From contig NC_087437.1 of the NCBI RefSeq assembly GCF_036321535.1, positions 92,754,001 through 92,818,000 of the forward strand: DNA of 64,000 bases. The letters are read 5' to 3'. Each line of letters opens with the position of its first letter. The first letter of the stretch is position 1. The DNA is from Camelus dromedarius. Its lineage: Eukaryota. This document shows positions 1 through 11,014 of this stretch, piece by piece. The notes beneath the pieces are model-generated. The model ran no database searches and was not told the origin of the DNA. It saw only the letters and a program-made list of their open reading frames with translations. Both the position numbers and the translations under genes were made by a program.

Positions 1-3000
1 CTAGCAATCCCAGGCTCCAGGTGGGCACCCACAAACCCAGGCTTCTTGCCAGGCCCAGGATCAGGCCTACTACTACTACAGACCCAGGCTTTTGACCCAC
101 CCCAGCACCAGGCACATGGCCCATGTTTCCCCCCAGTACCAGGCTGGTCCACAAACCTAGACTCCAGACCAGACCTGCAAACCCAAATTCCCAGCCCACA
201 CTAGCATCTGGCCACCCCTACAGCCTCAGCCTCAAGACCATCCCCTAAGGATTCAGGCTCCTGGCCTGCCCCAGAGCCAGACCAACCACCACAGACCACA
301 GGATCATAGATAATCAAAGAAAGAAGACACCACCAAAGGAAACTAATAAAAATCCAATGGCTGGCCCTAAATAAATGGAAATCAATGAACAGTCTGACAA
401 AAAATTCAATACAATCCTCTTAAAGAAATTCAGTGAACTATAGGAAAACAGATATAGACAACTACATAGAAATTAGGAAAACAATGTATAAACAAAATGA
501 AAAGTTCTACAACAACAACAAAAAAATAGAAACCAATTTAAAAAACAAAACAGAAGAATGCAATGAACTGAAAATTCAAAAGACAGCTCCAATAACAGAT
601 TCAACCAAGCAGAAGAAAGAATTCATGAACTTATAGATGGGTCATTTGAAGTCATCCAGTCAGAGGAGCAAAAAGAAAAAAAGAATAAAAGAGTGAAGAA
701 AGCCTATGTAAATTATGGGATGCCATTAAGGGAAACAATCTATGTATTATTAGAGTCCCAGAAGGAGAGGAGAAATGGGCAGAAAGCTTATTTAAAGAAA
801 CAATGGCTGAGAATGTTCCAAATCTCAGAGAGATTGGGACATCCAAGATTATGACAATGTTTTATGTAATCCTCAGAGTAACCACAAAGCAAAATTTATA
901 GTAGATACAAAATATAAAAAGAAGAGAGTCAAAGTGTACTACTATGAAAAATTATCAATTCACAAAGAAAGAGCAATTCACAGCAAAAGAGAGATTAAAA
1001 AACAAGAGGACCACAAAACAGACAGAAATCAACTAATAAGATGTCATTTGTAAGTCCATATGTATCGATAATTACTTTAAATATAAATGGATTAATTCTT
1101 CAATCAAAAGGCATACAGTAGTTGAATAGATTCAGAAACAAGATCAAATTAAGTACTACCTACAAGACACTCACTTCAACTTTAAGGATACATATGGGCT
1201 AAAAGGAAGAGACAGAAAAAATATTCCAAGCAATTCAAAACCATAAGAGAACAGGAGTGGCTCTACTTATATCAGACAAAATAGACTTTAAGTCAAATAT
1301 GGTAACAAGAGGCAAAGAATAGTGTTATATAACGACAAAGGGGTCAATTAATCAAGAATATATAACAATTGTAAATATACATACACTTAATTATATTAAG
1401 CAAATATTAACAAATCTAAAGAGAGAAATAGACAACAGTACAATAACAGTAGTAGATACTGATATTCTACTTTCAACAACAGGTAAATCATCTAGAGAGG
1501 AAATCAATAAGGAAACATTGGATACGAACTATACCTTAGACCAAGTGGACCTGACAGACGTTTGAAAAACATCCCACCCAACAGCAGCAAAATACACATT
1601 CTTCTCAATGCACATGGCACATTCTCCAGGATAGATTATACGTTAGGTCACAAAAACAGCCTTAGCAAATATAAGACAACTGAACTCATACTAACTATCA
1701 TTTCCAACAACGATGGTATAAAACTAGAAATCAAAACCAGGAGGAAAACTGGAAAATAAACAAATGTGTGAAAATTAAACAACACCCTTGTAAAAAACCA
1801 ATATGTCAAAGAAGAATTCAAAAAGGAAATTAAAAAATATCTTGAAACAAATTAAAATGAATACACAGAATACCAAAACTTACATAATAGAGCAAAAGCT
1901 CCCTATGAGGGAAGTATATAGTGATAAATGCCTATATTAAGAAAAAAGATCATAAATAACAACTTTACACCTCAAGGAACTATAAAAAGAAGAACAAACT
2001 AAGCCCAAAGATACCAGAAGGAAGGAATCAGAGCAGAAATAAGTGAAACAGACACAAGAAGAACAGGAGAAAAATCAATGAAACTGAGCTGTTTTTTTGA
2101 AACAATACACAGAAGTGACAAACTTTTGACTGGATTAAAAAAAGGAGATTCAAATAAATAATATCAGAAATAAAAGAGGTGATATTACAACTGATACCAC
2201 AGAAATACAAAGGCTCATAAGAGAATGCTATAAATAATTGTATGCCAACAAATTGGATAATCGAGATGAAGTGAAAAATTCCTAGAAACATGCAACCTAC
2301 CAATACTACATTGTAAGGAAACAGAAAATGTGAAAAGACCAATAACAAGTAAATAAGTAGATTAAATCAGTTATCAAAAACCTCCTAACAAAGAAAACCC
2401 AAGGATCAGATGATTTCACTGGTGAATTCTACCAAACATTTAAAGAAGCATCCATTTATGGATGAACGGATAAAGAAAATTTTATATATATACATATACA
2501 CATACACACACACATATACACATACACAATTCGATATAATTCAGCCATAAAAAGAAGGAAAACATGACATTTACAACAACATGGATGGACCTTGAGGGCA
2601 TGATGCTAAATGAAATAAGTTAGACAGAGAAGGACAGATACTGTATGTTCTTACTTATATTTGAAATCTAAAATGCAGAACTCATAGACAGAGAGCAGAA
2701 TGGTGGTTGTCCATAGTCGAAGGGAGAGGAAAATGGGAGATGTTGATCAAAGAGTATAAATTTCCTGCTTTAATACAAATGAATTCCAGGGATCTAATGT
2801 ACAGCATGGTGACTTTAATTAACAATATTGTATTATATACTTGAAAGTTGCTAAGAGAATAAATCTTATATGTTATCACCAAAAACATTAATTATGGGAG
2901 AAGATGGAGATGTAAACTAACCTTACTATAGTAATGATTTCATGATACATACTTGTATTAAATCATCACATAGTACACCTTAAACCTGCATAAGTTATTT

Positions 3001-3035
3001 GTCAATAATATCTCATTAAACCAAGAGGAAAAGAA
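1..3035 (+). mobile_element. Old, degenerate LINE-1 (L1MA-like): 5' region, partial ORF1, ORF2 endonuclease-to-Z region, ORF2 C-terminus and 3'UTR, with two large internal deletions
   Basis: ORF1-like coiled-coil sequence at ~300-848. ORF2 starts at 1041 (..SIITLNINGLNSSIKRH). Endonuclease motif HGTFSRIDYTLGHK at ~1612-1653 and GSDDFTGEFYQTFKE at ~2403-2447, followed by PFMDERIKK and DRYCMFLLIFEI* (~2670). A typical L1MA 3'UTR ends at ~3035. Many stops and frameshifts. Confidence 0.95.
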
Positions 3036-3039
3036 GATC

Positions 3040-3117
3040 ATGTCTGTATCCTTGTCACAAATTCATGCTTGGCACATAGTGGTTACTAAATAATTAGTTG
3101 TTGAATAAATAAATAAA
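3040..3117 (+). mobile_element. L2 3' end fragment
   Basis: cttggcacatagtggttactaaataattagttgttgaataaataaat resembles the L2 3' terminus. Confidence 0.65.
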
Positions 3118-3470
3118 GGAATTTTAAATCTTGTATTTGATGGTTCTTTTTTTAAAACTCTGAGTGCATAACTTAGAGTGAATCTTATCCTTTGGTTTTG
3201 GTCTGTCATTCCAGATGTCAACTAATATCTGAATTATCCCTCCTAATTATATGTTATTCACAGCATTGAAAAACATGTCTTCCATATCTTTATTGGAGTT
3301 GATATTAATGATGTCTGAATTGTTTGACCAAGAAGCTTTGTCTAGCTTTTAGTAATTAGTCAGATCTACTCTTCATTCTCTACCCTTCACATCTGTAGCA
3401 GAAGCAGTGATGTTTACAGAATATTCCATTTATTCATTTTCATATCCTATGCCTTAAGGTAGTATAAACT

Positions 3471-3580
3471 GGCCCCATTCTATACCTACTGGGTTAGAAA
3501 CACTGGGGGTGGGGTCCAGTATCTGTAATTTAACTTTGGCCTCCAAGTTACTCTGTTTCATGCTGAAGTTTACAAATCAC
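3471..3580 (+). mobile_element. MER5A-like hAT-Charlie DNA transposon fossil
   Basis: ggccccattc..acctactg..agaaacactgggggtggggtccagtatctg..cctccaagttactctg..tgctgaagtttacaaatcac follows the MER5A consensus. Confidence 0.75.
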
Positions 3581-3642
3581 ATGCATAGCCTATTTTGATG
3601 ACAAAAAAAAAAAAAACTAACCATTTTTCCATCACTATAATG

Positions 3643-3758
3643 AATATAAGATCCACAGTAAAGATACTGTGTTTTTCTGTTCACTGCTATATCCTTAGTA
3701 TATAGAAAAATATCTGGTACATAGAAGGTGTTCAATAAACATTTGGTTAACGAATGAA
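3643..3758 (+). mobile_element. L2 3' end fragment
   Basis: tctgttcactgctatatcc...ctggtacatagaaggtgttcaataaacatttggttaacgaatgaa. Confidence 0.75.
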
Positions 3759-4189
3759 GTACACATCTATGTCTAGAGTCAGTATTCACAACTTGAGACA
3801 TTCCTCTTTCCTATCTTCTCAAAAGTAGCTTAGCATAAAATCAGAAATGACTTTAAAAGGAAAAAGTGAAATAGAGGTATTGTAGAGAAAGCAACTGATT
3901 TAAAAGATCTTTTACTTTCTTAAAACTCTTATTTATTATCATGAGTATTTTTTTGAAAGAAAGATTGTTCTATAGTAATTAATTACCTTAGACTGTTTTT
4001 TTTTCCAGAGTTCTAGGAGAAATTTTTAAAATGACTCCCCCTAGAAGCTGATGTTTTAGAACGTACTTTGGTTGTCATGAGAATGCACCTTTCCAACTTT
4101 TAACTATGGGAACGTAAATAACGGAGGACACCAGCTGCTGAGCTCTGAAACCCATCACTTCATTTACACTAAGGCAAATGATTTTTATA

Positions 4190-4385
4190 GGCTGCTCTGA
4201 GGCAGTAATTAAGTTTGATAGACATACCAAGGAAGCCTCATTCCTGAGAGACTTTTCTGATAGCCAGTTTTGTCTGAAGGACTCCCTAACAGCCTTGCAA
4301 AACTTTCCTTAGACATCCTGGTGGTCTACGACATTTCCACCCAATCTTTCTTCCCTCCTTCACTCAGAGACAGACTTGCAACCAC
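4190..4385 (+). mobile_element. LTR16-like ERVL LTR fragment
   Basis: aactttccttagacatcctggtggtctacgacatttccacccaatctttcttccctccttcactcagagacagacttgca resembles LTR16 as I recall it. Confidence 0.5.
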
Positions 4386-5089
4386 GTGAGTTTAACTGAT
4401 ACTCTGAATCTAGTTATACCCAGGCAAATTTGTATCTTTTCTAAGCATCTGAATGAAGGGAAAGTTGCAATGAAAAAATTATTTTAAACACATTTAATTG
4501 TGAGCCCCAATATACTGGCAAGGAAAGAAAATTTAGGATTACAAAGGAAGGCACATAAAATAAAAAATTAATGTAGCTGATCCTCATAAACCAGGTAAGA
4601 ATTTTTTATTCAGGGCTAGTCTTAAGAATAGAGATCTGTATTATAATATGACTTACTAAAGACTTTTTCTTACTCACTCTCCATTCACTGCCAAAATTCT
4701 GTCATAGCTTATGCCTAAAAGTCCACAATTAACCAAAGCTTTCATGCCTAATATAATGCACATGGATATTTTGAAGTGAGGTCACATTTTTAAGCAATGA
4801 GATATATATGTATGTATATATATGTATATGTAATATACATATATATGCCTAGATACACATTATTAGGTGGCATATAACATCATTTTTGAGTAAATTTTAA
4901 TAAGGGAAAATAATGGAGAGAGCAGATGAGGAGACTTGACACCTAAATAATTGATGTGTTCATTGAGGATGGGTAGAACTGACAGTGGTGACTCTCAGGA
5001 AATTATAAAGAAAAGCAGAGCTAAGTGCACTGAAAACTTCCTTGAAACTATTGTACAGAGTTGGAGTTACTAATAATGTATAACTACTA

Positions 5090-5480
5090 AATCCATTAGG
5101 AGTGTATTCAGCAACAAGTACCAGAAATTCTGACCAAGTGTAGCTTAAATTGGGCTTTTCCCCTCACATAACCGGAAGTCCAGAGAGCAGTCCAGGCTTG
5201 GTGCAGTGGGTACCACGGAATCCAATAGATTCCTTCTTCTCTGTCATATTTAGACTGTCTGCTTTCCTCCTTACGGTTGTCACCTCAGAATCACAACACG
5301 GCTGTCGCACCTCTAGCTTCCCATCCACATTGCAGACAGGAAGAAGGAAGAACCAAGAGGTATGTCAGCTTTGTCCCATTTTTATCAGGAAGACAAAAAC
5401 TGACCCAACAGAATCCCACTAATGAGAACTATGTCACACAGCCACACCTAGCTAAAAGGGAGCCAAGGAAAGGATGTTAT
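5090..5480 (-). mobile_element. Old ERVL/MaLR solo LTR (LTR33 or MLT1K/L-like)
   Basis: Blocks ttaggagtgtattcagcaacaagtaccagaa, ctcacataaccggaagtccagag, catccacattgcagacaggaagaagg and gtcacacagccacacctagctaaaagggagcc occur in the expected order. Strand assignment is tentative. Confidence 0.65.
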
Positions 5481-6513
5481 GTGTCCACCCTAACTATGTA
5501 CAATATTACAATTATGCCAATCACTGGGGCCTACCCAGATACTAATTTAATAAGAATTTTAAAATAAATTTTCTTAGTATCATGAAATAAACAAAACAGT
5601 AGCTGCTATGATCCGGCTTTTCCTGGTCTTCATTTTACATTCTGTTCTATTTTACAGGCACCTCTGTTTAGTCATTCTTAGACCACTTGGTTGAGCTCAT
5701 GAAAAGTTTGAACAACTTAGTAAAGCAAAGACAATATGCTGGCCTTGAAAGAGCTTGTAGTTTTATAGGGAACAGATGAAGCATGTATAAAAATTCTAAT
5801 GCTTTACCTCTCATATGTATGCTTAAATATAATTTTACAATATACAATTGTATAGACAATATATTTCTGGAGGCGTCTTTTCATTTGTGCACAGTCGGTA
5901 ATTTCTCTTTCTCTCGTATAAATAAGCTGTCTCCATTGCCTTGAGCCACTTTAATAATATCACTCCTCAAGATAGCTAATACTATTACTTGAGAGTTTCC
6001 CCAGTATTCTTCATTTTTCTGGGTTTCAGAAAGCCTTCTGTGCACATCCAGAGCTTTCCTCCATGGTATTAGGAATGGTGCCAGGGTTTCTGTTATATAT
6101 TCAGTTACATCTGCTCCTTTCACACATTTGGGATACCAAGAACACAGATGTTCTTGGCTCCTGGCCATTTCCAGCCTTGTTTCCTCTGCAAGTAAATTTT
6201 TCATTACCCATTTATCAAAGCATGTTACCCTTCGTGCTAGATCAGCCTATGGTAGCAACTGCTCTTTTAGCTCTAGTTTTCCTCTTTTCCTTCTAGGTCA
6301 CCCTCCAATTTCACCTCAAAGAAGACCATAGCTGACCAGAGGCAACTCCAGCTCTACAATGAGAGGATTCGACAGAAATGACAACAGCAGTCTTATGAAA
6401 CATGAAGCTCAAAATACTAGAATGAGGAACATGAAATAGCAAGTGCTGACATTTGTTTTGAAATATCAAGCGAGGTACCTGTCATTACTTTGTCAAAGTA
6501 CAGGAGATGATTC

Positions 6514-6660
6514 AGTGTTTCCCAAACTGAAATCACCTGGACATGTAAGTTAAAATACTGATTCCAAGCCCCACCCAGACTTACTAAATTGAAATTCCAA
6601 GAAGCAAACTGGAAATTTGTATTTTCAAATGATTTTTTATAATCGGAATTTTGAGAAACA
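6514..6660 (+). mobile_element. MER5-family hAT fossil
   Basis: cagtgtttcccaaact..aatcacctgg..ttaaaatactgattccaagccccacccagacttactaaattgaaatt. Confidence 0.7.
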
Positions 6661-8364
6661 GTAGTATTTGAATGTTCGTTGACAGTACAGAAAAAAAAAA
6701 ATCTCAAACATAGTTGCAATGACTACCTCATGATGCACAGAGAAAATACAGATAATGTAAAAAAAAAAAAAAAAAGGAGAGTAGCTACTGTATGTGGAGA
6801 GTTTTTCCCTTGAAGATAACTTAAGATTTTTTTTCTCTTTTTTTTCACATATATCAAATGAAAGATTGATTGAAAGCACAATAAGAGGGGTGAAAAAATT
6901 CTTCATACGAGTTTTCTCCAGAAGGAAAAGAAAACCCAAGGGAAAGAATCAGAATGTCCTTATACTTGAGTCAGCAAACCCTGCTGATCAATAAGCCTGT
7001 TGCATAGAAGAATAAAACTTCCCACGGCAGGACACCGCCCTGCAGGGGCAGGTACATGGGGCCAAACACAATGGGTGGGGTTTCTATGAAAGGACTAGAG
7101 GTAGAAAACATGGGGAGTCAAACCCCTAGGAGGAAAATCTGCTCCTTTAATCCTTTTCAAAATACTTTTCAGTTGAAAGAAAACCAAAATCACAATATTC
7201 TGATCCTCCTCTCTCTCTTGAAATTAATAATATTATTTATTATAACCAATGTGAGAACATCAGTCAGCCCCTTAAATTATTTAAATGAAACTATTCCACT
7301 TGATTTGGCACTAATGCTCAAATGGTTTTAAGAAGTAATAATAGCTATTGGGGGGATTTTAAATGCAGAGTTAGAAAATCTCTGCTGGTACTCTGCTCTC
7401 TATTAAACAGAGTTATAGAGGCCTGCTGTCCCCATTATAACTGTAACTCACTGTGAGGCACAGAGCCAGTAATATCAGCTCTGCTCCCTGTGGAAGTCTG
7501 CAGAAAGGAAAAAAATTCAAATATCTTTTATATGACTTTGGTTGACAGATATATACAGATCTTTCTGGACTCACAGATATAGACAATAGATAGATAGATA
7601 GAGATCAATAGATAATACATTTTACTTGCTAGTTTGACATTTGACAGCCTCTAGTAAAGTATGCCTCTTAACCTGTAAACTCTCCAAATCTACTCTCAGC
7701 ATCTCACAAAGAACAATAATTGTTTATTGATCTGAGTGTTAACAATGTATCAATGAGGTCTAGAAATAAGACTCAAGGGCAATAACTGCTCAGGACAGTG
7801 ATCTTACGGTACTTTTCCATTATCCATAATACGAAGTTTAAATATATATGTATTATACTATACTTTTATATTTATATATAATGTATGTATACTTTTAAAG
7901 TATCATATGAATTTTTTATAAACAGCTGTTTAAAAACATGGTAAAACTTAGCACAGATGACCATAAACACCTAATGCTGTCATGCTTTTTTTAAAAAAAA
8001 CAGAATAAATACATCTGTTTGAGGATTCTTAAGACAAAAGACATAAAACCACCATGAAAATGCAAAGTACACTTATTATGATAAAAAAGTAAATAGTAGC
8101 ACCTGGAACCATTTTTTAAAAATCTATATAAGTATTCAATAAATGTTTTGTGCATTTGAGTGAAAATGATAATAAGAACTAGTTCAATTTTTCCATATCT
8201 GTGACAGAATATAACAACCAAATACATTATAGGCAAATAGCTAGATAATATCATATGTGCCCACTGCGAAAAGATTTAAAAGAAAAAAACAATAAAATGT
8301 CCCTCTAGGTTTGTTGATTGGTTTGACATATATGTAGCAATATATAGAGATCTGTATTTTAGTA

Positions 8365-8930
8365 AATATGGCGTTCCCAACATGCTATCTTGTACCCCCA
8401 ATTTTGGAAGCAGCACCCCAATTTTCCTTGACTGGGCTACCCTTTCCCCATGCAATATGGTGGGACAGTCAGCCACAGGGTTGGGCCACTGCATGTCAGC
8501 AGAGATGAGCATTTGATTCAGGCTCCCACCTCTGTCCACAGAGACTGAGTCAAGAGGTGGTCATGGAAATCTTTTAGGGCCAGTTCAAGGTACTTCTCCA
8601 GAACACGTTCTATAAATGCCAGGAGAAAAAAAGTTTCTTTTTTCTTTAGACTGGAGCTGCCAGTAGCCACCTTACCCATCACAGGGAGAGAGCTAGTCTG
8701 GCATGAGAGAATGAGGGCATCACATGAAAAGATGCAGAGGCAAGCAAGAAGAGAAAAAAAATAGGGAGGGGTAAAGGGAAGGGAGAGAGAGAGAGAGAGA
8801 GCATGCGCGCGCGAGATAATTAGCTACCTACTGAGGTTCCTGAATCTAGTTGTCCTTAAAGACTTCCTGGCTTCAGCCAGTTTGAGTTCAATTTCTTTCA
8901 CTTATAAGTGAAGAAGTTTTGACTAATACA
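8365..8930 (+). mobile_element. MLT1 (J/K-like) MaLR solo LTR containing an internal (GA)n-(GC)n tract
   Basis: Internal gctgccagtagccaccttaccc and agaatgagggcatcaca blocks. The 3' end cagccagtttgagtt..tttctttcactt..gactaataca is typical of MLT1. Confidence 0.7.
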
Positions 8931-10883
8931 TGCACACAGCAATCTACAGCCACAGATCTGTAGACAAAACTATCCAGATAAATGTATTGGAAATTTCTCA
9001 AGACAGATATTCATAGAACATTTCTTTGAGACTCCCTTTTTCCATTTCTCCTCTCTTGCAAAGAAGGTCTCTAGATGGGTTGCTGTCTCCCAGGGTTCCA
9101 ACTGATAAAATAAAAATCAGACTCAAAAATATTTTGAAACAAAGGGCAACTCACTAACCTCTCAGAGGGTGGTTCCTCAGGCTCCTCAGCTGTTCCACAA
9201 GGGCCAAAGGAGAAACGTGCACATGCTCTCACCTTAGAAATAAAATATAAAAGAAAAAGAAAAGAAGATAAGAGAAAAGAAAGGCATTGAGAAAGACAAT
9301 TGTCAGCCAAGGAAACATCTCACTGAAGATACCCCTGAATTTCTTTTATTTTTTAATCACTTCTTGACAGGTCAGGGGACAGAAAGGACCAGAGTAGTGA
9401 ACCAGAAACCCGAGCAAAGGAAGGGGTGAGGCTAATAGGATAATTAAGTTTTGATGTCCTAAGACATTTCCACAATTACATCAGAATTAAAGTCAAAGTC
9501 ATATGAAACACCTTTCAGATCTGTCATAATACCACTCAGGTGCTTGACAAACCTTGAGAAGCCAAATTGACAATTACTGATTTACCTTTCTGTGCTGAAA
9601 ATGGAAGTTGAAAGTTAAGTGGCAACATAAAGTGAAGCACCTCTGAGACTGAGTTTCAAGTCTGGACTAGACAGAAATGACAGAAAATCATTAAGAACAG
9701 AAGGCATTAAGAGGTCAGAAATAAATTGTTATCAAGCCCTGTTTGACCATTTTATCAGTCAGAATTTTCTCTTTGCACTCAAGAGTGGAGTAGCATTTTC
9801 TTATCTCTGGAGATGAATATGATATTATCAGGGTTGTACAAACACAACCTGATAGATTCTGAGAACGTTTTGTGCAAAAAGGACTGTTTGTAACAAAACA
9901 AGGCTCTCAAATAGTTTTTGAAAAATGCGTAATTGTCCTGTCTCAATCTGTCTGGAATGTTACTTAGTGTACAGATGCTGTGAAGTTTACCTTTGGTGGA
10001 AGAGAAAGCCAGCAATGTCTTCATGTGTTTAGGTTTCATTGCAGGTCTTGGTGAGATGGACAACTTAGCCTTAAGTCAGTCCCAAAATAAGCAAATCTCC
10101 CTCCCTCTTCTCCTCCCCTCCCCCTTTCCCTTCTCTCCTGTTTCCATCCCGTTGGCCAAGAATGGTGATTTGCCTTTTCAGTTGCCAGAGATCAGAGAAA
10201 TCCGATGCAAATCTCTTCAGAAACAAAATTTGATCTTCAGCTAAATGAGCATGTTAGTGAATCAAAATTTGGATAATCTCCGTTTAAATTGTGAAAGTGG
10301 AAAATGATGGGTTAAGGGATTGAGTATAGGAGAGGAAAGAGCCTTAATCATTTTAGCAATTAGTATGTAATGTCCTAAAATGATTCACTAATCACTCCAC
10401 AGCTGGTACACTGAAAAAACACAGGGTATAAAAGCATTCTCAAATGTCATAGTCCAACAGAATCTACTCTTCGGAAAGTATATAGAAAACACAGGGAAAA
10501 CTGTGACTTGCCCTCTGTAGGCTTGCCCTATGAAACATACAGAAGTTTGTTTGACTAAATTAACTAAGTAACCTATGGCTTCATTCATTTTGAACAAATC
10601 TGTTACATTTTAATGAAAATGATTTAAGAGTTTCACTATCTTTAAACAGGATAATGTATTTGCCAAGAGGAGAGCTTGTACTAAATCTTCAAGGGCCTTT
10701 TTAAGGATCTTTTTAGTTCACAATCACAGAAGCGCAGTTATTTTCTGGTTCCACTAAATCAAAATCTGTATATGCTACTTAAATAAACAGTTCCATCTGC
10801 AGGTTTTTCATAAACACAGGTCTTAATACTTAAGATACGAAAACTGGCAGTCACAAAAAAAAGACGAAGAAAGAAAAGAAGCA

Positions 10884-11014
10884 AGGAAGGTGAAAGGGAG
10901 GGAGGAAGGGAGGGAGGAAGGAAGGGAGGGAGGAAGGAAGGAAGGAAGGAAGGAAGGAAGGAAGGAAGGAAGGAAGGAAGGAAGGAAGGAAGGAAGGAAG
11001 GAAGGAAGGAAGGA
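10884..11014 (+). repeat. (GGAA)n / (GGAG)n purine microsatellite
   Basis: 20 perfect GGAA units at 10932-11011, preceded by mixed GGAG/GGAA units. Confidence 0.99.

Noticed and set aside
433..1759. Short ORFs 433-636 and 1562-1759 as genes
   Set aside because: They are remnants of the degenerate L1 ORF1 and ORF2.
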